Origin: Eukaryota sp. TZLM1-RC | Lineage: Eukaryota > Protista > Metamonada: BaSk clade | Length of the DNA: 64,000 bases | Assembly: GCA_040285825.1 (NCBI GenBank) | Contig: JAUPSS010000002.1 | Coordinates: 3,884,581-3,948,580 of the forward strand | Reading direction: 5' to 3' | Shown here: positions 20,584 to 30,207 of the stretch, in pieces | How positions within the stretch are numbered: the first letter of the stretch is position 1 | Layout of the letters: each line of letters starts with the position of its first letter | Made by a program: the position numbers and the translations under genes | The notes under the pieces: generated by a model | The model's input: only the letters and a program-made list of their open reading frames with translations | Told to the model about the DNA's origin: nothing | Database searches by the model: none

Positions 20584-21945
20584 TCAAGATTTCAAGATAA
20601 GAGCTGAAGTTTTGTGAAATTCTGAATTAAACAATTCAAAAACATTTTTGGAACACTCAATTAGTTGTAGATTAGGAAAAAGTTCAGAAACATTAAATAA
20701 TTGTGAATAGTAATTTAAAACTAATTCAACAATTAGATTAAATGGACCAAATAATTCAAAAAAATTATTTTCGGTTTCTAACAACGTTAACTTTCGAAGT
20801 CGGGGAAAACGATCCAAATTTTCAACTTTCAACAAATTAACACTTGATAAAAAAAGTGATTCTAGTGAAGGCAAAGATGGCAAGAAGGTCAAATCATCAT
20901 GGTCACAAGGATCAAGATTTAAATTTTTCAAATATTGGTAGTTAGGAAAGTACGGCAGATGCTTTTTGACATGCTGAATATTTAAATCATTCAGAAATTT
21001 TTGGTCACTGAGCCCTCTGATCTCTTCTAGACTTCCAGAAACTCCTAAATTAGCTTGTCGACATCTTGGAGGAAGAGACATCTTTAGCATTCGCGGACAC
21101 ATTAAGATGATGTCAACCAAAGTGGAGCAAGTAGAGAGACTTAATTCGGATATTTCTATATCAATGACGAAAACCTTTGTTAAATTTGGAAATAGAGGAG
21201 CAAAATCAAATTTAAAATCTGCCATATAAAATAAACTGAGTTCTTTCACACTCATAAACTTACCTAAACCAAGAACTTTTTCCATTCTTACCATTTCCAA
21301 TTTTTCCAGAAAATTGAATTCTATAAAATGAAAATCAACCAATGTCCTCCCAAATTTGTTAGGTCCAAATAAGCCAGTACTTAAGGGCTGGCCGTACAGA
21401 TATAATGACGTGACACTTGGAGGGAGAGCAAAAATTTGGATATAACATAGGGAGTCGCATGGAATATTGGTATAAATGGATAAGCTTTTCAAGGAAGGAA
21501 ATTGGCACAGTGTATCCTGCTTTATTGTCAAGTTTTTCCCAACTGTATGAACAGAGAGATTGGTTAGATTATTGGTAAAAACACTTCCGCGATTGTAGAG
21601 TCGTGTTAGTGGTGAGCTGTGGGGAAACATTGAACGGATCTTTCCAAAAAACGACAGATTGTGTTGATCTATTGAGAGATCTTGTTTGAGCGATTCAAAA
21701 GAGTAGCTAATCTCTGGACACTGAAGGTGTGTGGTGATCTTATCAATGGTTTGAACAGGGACTGAATCGGAAAAAGAGAGGGAGGCTTTGGACAGAACAA
21801 GTGAGGCAAGTGTTTTAGTTTTACAGCTAATCTGACTGTATTTATTGAGAAACAGTAACGGTTCATTGGAAACTAGACATCCAGACCGACAGTACAACTC
21901 GAAAGTCTTGTGTAGAACCAGATGCCAAAGGGTTCTCGACAGCAT
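20584..21945 (-). CDS. Leucine-rich repeat protein
   Basis: Repeated FPxLxxLxL motifs (FPSLKSLSI, LPSLESLFL, FPRLRKLTL, FPNLQLI). Confidence 0.75.
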   Translation of the reverse strand: MLSRTLWHLVLHKTFELYCRSGCLVSNEPLLFLNKYSQISCKTKTLASLVLSKASLSFSDSVPVQTIDKITTHLQCPEISYSFESLKQDLSIDQHNLSFFGKIRSMFPHSSPLTRLYNRGSVFTNNLTNLSVHTVGKNLTIKQDTLCQFPSLKSLSIYTNIPCDSLCYIQIFALPPSVTSLYLYGQPLSTGLFGPNKFGRTLVDFHFIEFNFLEKLEMVRMEKVLGLGKFMSVKELSLFYMADFKFDFAPLFPNLTKVFVIDIEISELSLSTCSTLVDIILMCPRMLKMSLPPRCRQANLGVSGSLEEIRGLSDQKFLNDLNIQHVKKHLPYFPNYQYLKNLNLDPCDHDDLTFLPSLPSLESLFLSSVNLLKVENLDRFPRLRKLTLLETENNFFELFGPFNLIVELVLNYYSQLFNVSELFPNLQLIECSKNVFELFNSEFHKTSALILKS

Positions 21946-22678
21946 CTAGAATTATACTAAATCTAATCCTTGGCTCAATGAATTTTAGCAACTAATTTTA
22001 GCTATTTGATGCTACCAACTGGCAATTACTAAATACGCACCAATGCTGGTTGGTCATCACAAAGGTCCACATAGTTACATCCAAGCCTTCTTCATCAAGA
22101 ACTGGAACCGCAATGTTTGTTTGAATCGGCTTATTAACTGTTATGTTAAGATCTAAAGTATGAAGTGGACATTGATTCATCTATTTAATTGATTTCAATT
22201 TTTTCCGAAATTTGTAGTTGAAGTTCACCAGCCCTTGTGAAGGTTTTAACTTTGAGTGTATAATGTTGCTATATTTTTATGCTAGTTGTTATTATCAATG
22301 AAACAACAGTTCTACTGTTTCTTGTACCTTTTTGGCTGTTTCTTCAGATTCAGTACAGTTTCCATCCATGATTATGTAATAATGCCATTAGCAACATCCC
22401 ACATACAGAAATTTGCCGCAAACAAATCAGAAATTATGTGAAGAGTTTGATACTGACAATTTATATAGGAACAAACATTCCAGGACAATGAAAAGGTTTC
22501 TCAAATTGAGGTCATTTTTACCTATATTCAGCAGGGGTTCGTACACTCAATGCAAAAGCTCAACTCTCCACTCATCATATAGGTTCGAGTAGACTCAGCA
22601 ACCCGTTGTATGGGGAGGAGGGGGATAGTATGCTGATACCAGAATTTGCCTGCACACTCCTTCTTTTCTTTCACCTAA

Positions 22679-23551
22679 ATGAGTCTTCGTGGTGCTCTCA
22701 GAGATATCACCAACATTTTTGGGACTTTTAACCGCACATACAAGTCAAAGAGTGTACCTAATGGTTCAACACCACTATCTCCCTTTTCCCAGTTGCGCAA
22801 CACATCAAGTTCTCCAGCTACATCACATCCACAACCTTTAACATCCCCATTACGACCATACTCTGATGTCTCGGATTCTGGTCTCAGCACCGAAAACCTC
22901 CTTTCACCCTCTCCCCAGCTACCAAGTTCACCTTATCTCGAAGACGTGTCCATGGAGATATCACCTGCCAAGTCGCCCAACAGACCAAATACACTTTCTG
23001 AACTACTTACTGCTTTAGACGATACACCTGTGCTTGTGTCTCCAAAACGACGTATAACTTCTGTTCCTACCAAAAGAACCAATGAAGGAGATCTCACCAT
23101 CTCTGACTTAGCAGATTCTCCAGTAGCCTTGGACCTCGATGTCTCGCTTAATGATGATGTGATTGATGATGTCATCAGTATGATTGAAGAAGAAGTTGTA
23201 GAGGGAGCAGAAATGGAAAAGTTTGATTTTGATTGTCAATTTATGAATGAAATTGAATTGATGAATGCAAATGATTTTAATTCAATAGAACCTTACCTCC
23301 AAATAGAAGAAAAACAAAGTTTATTAGAATTGGATAAAGATGCAGGTTGTAGAAAACGAAAAGCTAAAACAGATTTACAATTAAAGTTCAAAAAAGCTGA
23401 ACACTTGGTAGGAATTTCAAGATATTCAGTGTGTTCGTTGCTTTTGTCTCATAGATGGCAATACAATGCAGGTACTGAAATTAAAGCAAGAAAGCCAAGC
23501 AAAAAAATTGGAAAATGTAAAAAAGGATTGCTCGATATTTATATAAAATAA
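22679..23551 (+). CDS. Hypothetical S/P-rich, acidic, basic-tailed protein
   Basis: 290-aa ATG ORF; N-terminal RGALRDITN resembles an RxxL..N destruction box, suggesting a cell-cycle-regulated protein. Confidence 0.65.
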   Translation: MSLRGALRDITNIFGTFNRTYKSKSVPNGSTPLSPFSQLRNTSSSPATSHPQPLTSPLRPYSDVSDSGLSTENLLSPSPQLPSSPYLEDVSMEISPAKSPNRPNTLSELLTALDDTPVLVSPKRRITSVPTKRTNEGDLTISDLADSPVALDLDVSLNDDVIDDVISMIEEEVVEGAEMEKFDFDCQFMNEIELMNANDFNSIEPYLQIEEKQSLLELDKDAGCRKRKAKTDLQLKFKKAEHLVGISRYSVCSLLLSHRWQYNAGTEIKARKPSKKIGKCKKGLLDIYIK

Positions 23552-23789
23552 TTAAAGAAAAACAGAGTGCGCTGATTTGTAAAAGAATTATTTGATTAAA
23601 AAATTCAATATTAAAAACGAAGAAAAATCGACGGTCCTATAATTAGTGTCCAAACAATCAAAAAAAATCAATTGTAAATGAACAAAACCTTGATTAGTTG
23701 ATTCAGAAAATAAATATAATAATAATAAATGAAAATGTTTTGTGACACTTTTTGTCAAAAAGAAACCACCAAATTAAACTATCAAGTAT

Positions 23790-24344
23790 CTAATCATGGT
23801 CAGTATCTGATGAGTCACTGAAAAAGTCCATAAAATCTGGAATTTTGACCTTTTTAGGTGGAGGTTCGCTTGACCAAACACTGTGAGTGACTTGGCTTCT
23901 GGCCAACTCAATCCTGGATAGTAGTTCGTTGCTCTTCTGTTGATGATCAGGACTGACATTACTAGCATTCTTGTCTTCTTTTTGAACGTCTTGTTTGGAT
24001 TTCGCATCTTCAGCTTCATCATCAGAGTCTGCCTTCGCTACCTCTACAATTCTTCGTCCCTCTAGATCTCTGCCAAAGAGAGAAGGCAATGGAGTACATC
24101 GTTTGGCTTGGGTCTTAAAGTTTTGTTCAAGGTTCTTCTTACCAAAACCTCCTGGAAGACCAAGATTTACAAACAGAGATAGAAATGGACCAAGAACCGA
24201 CGAAGAGGAACAAAGTGTACGAGAAGAAGCATGGCATATTGTGAAAGGAAAAGGTAGATATTGAGAAAGTTGAGTGTATAGTTGGTTTGAAGTGATGTTA
24301 GAAGGAAGGGTAACGGTAGTACTCCCTATGGACAATGTAGACAT
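23790..24344 (-). CDS. SDE2: SDE2-like protein (ubiquitin-fold N-terminus)
   Basis: First ATG 24344; ~65-aa UBL-sized region ending LGLPGG, then FG... and GRDLEGRRI matching the SDE2 RDLxGRR motif. Confidence 0.65.
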   Translation of the reverse strand: MSTLSIGSTTVTLPSNITSNQLYTQLSQYLPFPFTICHASSRTLCSSSSVLGPFLSLFVNLGLPGGFGKKNLEQNFKTQAKRCTPLPSLFGRDLEGRRIVEVAKADSDDEAEDAKSKQDVQKEDKNASNVSPDHQQKSNELLSRIELARSQVTHSVWSSEPPPKKVKIPDFMDFFSDSSDTDHD

Positions 24345-24506
24345 CAATGGCACAATTAAGTTAATTTTTACTTCCTTGTTAATGCCAGAGTCTTCTTCTT
24401 CATTTTGTATTTGCAAAGATGAGATTTCATATAACCTTGTTGAGATTGGTTGAAAAAGGATCTGTTGAAACAATAGTTAAAAACTTGAAAAAAAAAGTTT
24501 AGTAAA

Positions 24507-24598
24507 AATTGACTATTGAACTACAAAACTTAATAAAATAAAATCAGAACTAATGGGACTAAATTCAATGCACCAAGATTTCCTCTACAAAATCCTGA
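24507..24598 (-). mobile_element. 92-bp extreme 3' insertion of RLE family A
   Basis: Reverse complement of the family-A 3' end (agatttcctctacaaaatc, actaatgggac); 9-bp TSD TTTAGTAAA (24498-24506, 24599-24607). Confidence 0.75.
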
Positions 24599-24705
24599 TT
24601 TAGTAAACTAATTATGAAATGCAACAAACAATGAACAGCAATATTAAAAAGCTTGAATAAAAAAATCTACAAACCATCCTCCATTTTATCTCTGCTAATT
24701 ATACT

Positions 24706-25611
24706 TTAATGAAACAAAAGTTCATTGTAATGATTTCCAGAAGAATAAAGCTTTTTGTGAAGAGAAATGTAAAGAACTTTCTGAGAATTTCCAAATATAA
24801 GAGGATCCAAACCAGCTTGATAAACAATTACTCTAACCTTAAATAAATCGCAAACCATTTTAATTTCAAGATCCCCACCCCAAAAACTTGGATCAGAGGC
24901 TAATGATTTGACATATCGGTCAAAAATAAGAGACTGGCATCGACCACAATCACAATCAAAAAAGTCATGACAGTCGCAAGACACATTCCCCAGGCAAGAA
25001 TAGTCGACAAAATGATACAAATCATCCTTATTTTGACAAAGATATTTACTCAATTCTAACCTTAATTCCCGACTTGTAATGCTAACCCCACGATTTATGT
25101 ACAATTGATTACAAATTGCATTAAAAAGACAGTTGCCATCAGCTGGTACCTTTCTGATCACCATGCCCTTGTCCTCAATGCTCATTTCAATGGCTTTCCA
25201 CTCCAGCTCCCCTGGAGAAGGACCTTGTTCTGCCACGTGACGCTCCGCTTCGAGGCTAAGTTGATCATAAATATCCTGTTTTCTACGTCTGTTTTTCTTC
25301 TTACGGGGTTTATCAGGCGCATCAATCTCATCATCTTCACACAAGGAGTGAGATGAAACAACGTTTGAAGAAAGAGAAGACAATTGTGATTGTTGAAGTT
25401 TTTTGAGTGCTTCCAGTTCAGTTGATTGTGCTTTTGAAACTTGTTTCCGTTGTTTTTTGTCGGATTTTGGAATTGACGATAATAAAGAGGCAAAAGCTTG
25501 GTTTAAGGCTTCAATTTCTTTACGATGACGACTACGTATACTGGTTTTTGACAGAGAAGCATCAACAGGGGAAGAAAAGGATGTTGCTGTTGGATGGGAG
25601 GTACCAGTCAT
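24706..25611 (-). CDS. OTU-domain deubiquitinase, OTUD6B/Otu2-like
   Basis: RHRKE N-terminal motif; VPADGNCLF catalytic Cys loop; WGGDLEI; GNHYN; first ATG 25611. Confidence 0.88.
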   Translation of the reverse strand: MTGTSHPTATSFSSPVDASLSKTSIRSRHRKEIEALNQAFASLLSSIPKSDKKQRKQVSKAQSTELEALKKLQQSQLSSLSSNVVSSHSLCEDDEIDAPDKPRKKKNRRRKQDIYDQLSLEAERHVAEQGPSPGELEWKAIEMSIEDKGMVIRKVPADGNCLFNAICNQLYINRGVSITSRELRLELSKYLCQNKDDLYHFVDYSCLGNVSCDCHDFFDCDCGRCQSLIFDRYVKSLASDPSFWGGDLEIKMVCDLFKVRVIVYQAGLDPLIFGNSQKVLYISLHKKLYSSGNHYNELLFH

Positions 25612-25816
25612 TCTTACAGATGATGTGGATAACAATGGAATAAGTATCTTCTTCAAACAGAATTCGATTGAAATTTCTGAATTACCAAACTTTTAAGAAC
25701 TGTTCCTAAACTACAGAAGAGGATTAATTATTTAGAAGCTGAATCACTGAACAACCAAATCAGCATGGCTAATTTTTCTTTGAAATTATTTTTGTCTTCT
25801 TTGTGTAATGTTTATA

Positions 25817-25947
25817 TTCAATGGAATAAGAGAAGCTTTAGCTAGAAAGCAAGCAGATCAAGATTTTGTAGCGGAAATCTTGGTTCCATGAATTTCGTCC
25901 CATTAGTAATGAGTTTATTTTGTTCAGTGTGCAAATTCAATAAATTA
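25817..25947 (+). mobile_element. Short 3' fragment of RLE family A
   Basis: agagaagctttagctaga...caagattttgtagcggaaatcttgg...gtcccattagt...gtgtgcaaattcaataaatt matches 45397-45527. Confidence 0.8.
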
Positions 25948-26268
25948 ATAGAAGTTATGTAATGTGAATTCTTTTCAAAATAGTTCATCTTGTCTGATAA
26001 CACAAGTTCCTTGCCGTTTTGGACTATTACTCTCAGATCTTCAACTTTTGACAGTCATGAGGGACAGACTTAATCTTCTCGAGTCCCGGGATTTTTATTT
26101 AACATTATAAATTTATTATTATAAATTCAATAAATATAATTTATTGAATAATTTATTATATATACTTAAAATTCAAAGAGATGTTTTGTTTTCAAAAAAT
26201 TTCAAGACCATAAATCACACAAATGCGACCTTTAAAGTTCAAGGAAATTTCAGTAAAGAAATATTAAT

Positions 26269-26412
26269 TTTTTTTGGTTAACTCAATTTATTGAATTTGC
26301 ACACTTGATTAAATTAAATCATAACTAATGGGACGACTATCATTAAACCAAGATTTCCTCTACAAAATCTTGATTTGCTTGCTGTCTAGCTAAAGCTTCT
26401 CTAATTCGATTC
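26269..26412 (-). mobile_element. 144-bp 5'-truncated RLE family A insertion in the 5S spacer
   Basis: Reverse complement matches 45402-45526; short poly(A) (T-run 26269-26275); 11-bp TSD GAAATATTAAT (26258-26268, 26413-26423). Confidence 0.88.
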
Positions 26413-26440
26413 GAAATATTAATCCAAACAAAAGTTAAAA

Positions 26441-26559
26441 GGATGCAGCACCCAGTGTTCGCTGGTGGTCTCCCACCCAACTACTGACCAGGCCTGTGGC
26501 CGCTTAACTTCGGAATTCGGAATGGGATCCGGTGCTATAGACCAAGTATGGTTGCATCC
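26441..26559 (-). rRNA. 5S rRNA gene (edge copy, two substitutions near 5' end)
   Basis: GGATGC..CCATAC...GATCCCATTCCGAATTCCGAAGTTAAGC...AGTAGTTGGGTGGGAGACC...GTGCTGCATCC followed by T-run terminator. Confidence 0.92.
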
Positions 26560-26898
26560 AATTGCAGAGTACCAGTTGCGAATGTAAACATTATTAAATA
26601 CAAAACATAATTCTAATTTGAAATCATCATCTGTTTGATATAATTGGGTTCAATAGAACACTGGTTGTAATTGATTTATTCAAAATTCGAAGAGATGTTT
26701 TGTTTTCAAAAAATTTTAAGACCATAAATCACACAAATGCGACCTTTAAAGTTCAAGGAAATTTCAGTAAAGAAATAATAATCCAAACAAAAGTTAAAAG
26801 GATGCAGCACCCAGTGTTCGCTGGTGGTCTCCCACAAAACTACTGACCAGGCCTGTGGCCGCTTAACTTCGGAATTCGGAATGAGATCCGGTGCTATA

Positions 26899-28591
26899 CC
26901 GTATATTGGTTAGAATTGGTTCAAAAAATAGTGGGAATTTTGGGAATTTTTTGAAAAATTCCCAATTTAAAAATTCCCACTTATTTTTAAACAGTGTTTA
27001 CACGTGTGCACTTTTTGGTAACACGTGTCAAATTTTAAATTTTGCGATCCATTGAGACGCATTTGTTTCAACGAAACGAAAAGCAGTCATGATCCATCTT
27101 CCCAAATGGTGATTCAAAGCTCCTCAATTCCCTACTACATATCTCAAATATTCGACAATACTATGTCCATTTTGCCACTTTGTAACAGCAGCTTTTGATA
27201 CACCCTCACTTTTTGGTGATAAAGAGTGAATTACTTCACTGGGCCATTCATAATTTGGAACACTGACTTGTGTTTTACCTTCCCAAATCAATTGTAATGG
27301 CAGCAAATCTCCAGCTTTCGAAATTGTAAGTGTTGCTGTGTTGCCTCTTTTATCACCTAATCCTTGAATAGTGATTTTTTCTGACCTTTTGGAGCATAAG
27401 TTTTTCCCTTTACTGGAATCCAGGGTACCATGGTTTCGTCCATCATCAGTACTAGGCGCGGGTGATAGTCTTCTGCTGCATCCATAATTGCACTCATTTC
27501 TACGGCTGCATGTTTGGCTTCAACAGGAGTCAATTTTCTGGCAGTGGTAGGCTTTCTATTACTCCATTGCATATGATTTTTCAAAAATGAATACGCCCAG
27601 CAGGGGGTAAATTCAATTGATCCGCCATTACATTTCAATAAATTACCATATCCAGAGCTAATCATCAATTTTTTGGCTGTAGAGGCAACAATCAATGGGG
27701 TTATTATTGTACTGGCCTTTTCCATAGCTGTAATTAAATTCACCAACTTTTTCTGCATGTCTGTACCAATTAAAGGGCATCTTCCTTTCTTTGGTCGATC
27801 CAAAAATTCTTCCTTAATTCTATTAGACAACAAAGGCTCATCACATCCTTGAAGAACAAACTTAGCTTTCAAAGCAAGATACTCTTTTTTTATATCGGCT
27901 GGCATTGGACTTGTTCATACCCTTGAAGCGGGCCAACTTGAAACAATAGCTTGCTGTTCTTTGTTCTTTCACCATATACTCAGCAAGTTCAAAATGGCGT
28001 TCCATAGGCCAAGGATTATATGAAGACTTGGCCTTGTCAATGTTGGTGAGGTTGCAGGGTGATTGTAGCACGTCTTTCACCGTTAAACGATCCTCAGGTG
28101 GAAGATGTTCCAGCACTTCTTCAGCAGTGTCGACGTTCAAGACGTCCAAAGTGGTAGATCGTTCAGGAAAATACTCATATAGACGTCTTTGTTTTAAAAC
28201 AGGTTCAAGGGCTTTGTCAGGACTGTTCATCAGGTGAGATAAAAAAAGAGGGTTGTTTCGTCTTCGTGGTCCAAAGTGGTTTATTATCTTGTCTGCCAGC
28301 CCTTGGCTTTTTTCTCTTCTTAAAAGAACGTTTTGTTGATTTGTGATTTATCAAGCATATACATAGACGAAAACCATGTCTAACATTTCAATATGGAGCA
28401 ATAGTTGATACATTTAGTGTTTCTATAAAATTTTGTTATCTGTGTTTACTCAACTTTGCACAAATATGACATACAACAATTTGAGAAAAACATTGGGAAT
28501 ATTGGGAACCTTTTGAAAAGTTCCCAATATTTTATTTCCCACTTATAAAAAATTCCCACTATTTTTTGAACCAATTCTAACCAATATACGG
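26899..28591 (-). mobile_element. pogo/Tc1-mariner DNA transposon, non-autonomous (1693 bp)
   Basis: Perfect 43-bp TIRs CCGTATATTGGTTAGAATTGGTTCAAAAAATAGTGGGAATTTT; TA TSD; frameshifted transposase inside. Confidence 0.93.
27075..28230 (-). pseudogene. Frameshifted, C-terminally deleted pogo-type transposase (CENP-B/Tc5-like HTH + DDE_1)
   Basis: ORFs 27862-28230, 27357-27905, 27124-27306: FTPCWAYSFLKNH, LMMDETMVP, DKRGNTATL..AGDLLPLQLIWEGKT, KWQN; third catalytic Asp region absent. Confidence 0.8.
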
Positions 28592-28853
28592 TAGACCAAG
28601 TATGGCCGCATCCAATTGTGAAGTACCAGTTGCGAATGTAAACATTATTAAATACAAAACATAATTCTAATTTGAAATCATCATCTGTTTGATATAATTG
28701 GGTTCAATAGAACACTGGTTGTAATTGATTTATTCAAAATTCGAAGAGATGTTTTGTTTTCAAAAATTTTTAAGACCATAAATCACACAAATGCGACCTT
28801 TAAAGTTCAAGGAAATTTCAGTAAAGAAATATTAATCCAAACAAAAGTTAAAA

Positions 28854-28972
28854 GGATGCAGCACCCAGTGTTCGCTGGTGGTCTCCCACCCAACTACTGA
28901 CCAGGCCTGTGGCCGCTTAACTTCGGAATTCGGAATGGGATCCGGTGCTATAGACCAAGTATGGCCGCATCC
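28854..28972 (-). rRNA. 5S rRNA gene
   Basis: Consensus copy with helix I GGATGC/GCATCC and downstream T-run. Confidence 0.95.
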
Positions 28973-29212
28973 AATTGTAAAGTACCAGTTGCGAATGTAA
29001 ACATTATTAAATACAAAACATAATTCTAATTTGAAATCATCATCTGTTTGATATAATTGGGTTCAATAGAACACTGGTTGTAATTGATTTATTCAAAATT
29101 CGAAGAGATGTTTTGTTTTCACAAAATTTTAAGACCATAAATCACACAAATGCGACCTTTAAAGTTCAAGGAAATTTCAGTAAAGAAATAATAATCCAAA
29201 CAAAAGTTAAAA

Positions 29213-29331
29213 GGATGCAGCACCCAGTGTTCGCTGGTGGTCTCCCACCCAACTACTGACCAGGCCTGTGGCCGCTTAACTTCGGAATTCGGAATGGGAT
29301 CCGGTGCTATAGACCAAGTATGGCCGCATCC
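29213..29331 (-). rRNA. 5S rRNA gene
   Basis: Consensus copy. Confidence 0.95.
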
Positions 29332-29570
29332 AATTGTAAAGTACCAGTTGCGAATGTCAACATTATTATATACAAAACATAATTCTAATTTGAAATCATC
29401 ATCTGTTTGATATAATTGGGTTCAATAGAACACTGGTTGTAATTGATTTATTCAAAATTCGAAGAGATGTTTTGTTTTCAAAAAATTTAAGACCATAAAT
29501 CACACAAATGCGACCTTTAAAGTTCAAGGAAATTTCAGTAAAGAAATAATAATCCAAACAAAAGTTAATT

Positions 29571-29689
29571 GAATGCAGCACCCAGTGTTCGCTGGTGGTC
29601 TCCCACCCAACTACTGACCAGGCCTGTGGCCGCTTAACTTCGGAATTCAGAATGGGATCCGGTGCTATAGACCAAGTATGGCCGCATCC
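29571..29689 (-). rRNA. 5S rRNA gene variant (first terminator T-run mutated)
   Basis: + strand aattgaatgc replaces aaaaggatgc; also ttcagaat variant. Confidence 0.85.
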
Positions 29690-29929
29690 AATTGTAAAGT
29701 ACCAGTTGCGAATGTAAACATTATTATATACAAAACATAATTCTAATTTGAAATCATCATCTGTTTGATATAATTGGGTTCAATAGAACACTGGTTGTAA
29801 TTGATTTATTCAAAATTCGAAGAGATGTTTTGTTTTCAAAAAATTTCAAGACCATAAATCACACAAATGCGACCTTTAAAGTTCAAGGAAATTTCAGTAA
29901 AGAAATATTAATCCAAACAAAAGTTAAAA

Positions 29930-30048
29930 GGATGCAGCACCCAGTGTTCGCTGGTGGTCTCCCACCCAACTACTGACCAGGCCTGTGGCCGCTTAACTTC
30001 GGAATTCGGAATGGGATCCGGTGCTATAGACCAAGTATGGCCGCATCC
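29930..30048 (-). rRNA. 5S rRNA gene whose upstream flank is replaced by the Gypsy LTR
   Basis: Consensus copy; LTR starts 6 bp from the 5' G. Confidence 0.95.
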
Positions 30049-30053
30049 AATTG

Positions 30054-30207
30054 TGTTAGTCTTGAATAGTATTTATAGTTAATAGTTTAGTTATTAGTAT
30101 TCCGCCTGTTAGCTTAAGAAGAGAGAATACAATTTCTCTTCGTAATAAATTACACTTCTGTTACTCTACATTGTATGTCAGACAATAACCAACAGCCAAG
30201 ACCATCA
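30054..30207 (+). repeat. 5' LTR
   Basis: TGTTAG...CCATCA; TATTTATAG and AATAAA inside; 153/154 identical to 3' LTR. Confidence 0.95.

Larger units (their letters stand above)
26800..28613 (-). pseudogene. 5S rRNA gene split by DNA transposon (halves 26800-26898 and 28592-28613)
   Basis: 5S sequence resumes exactly across the duplicated TA; extra substitutions (cacaaaac, atgagatcc). Confidence 0.92.
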
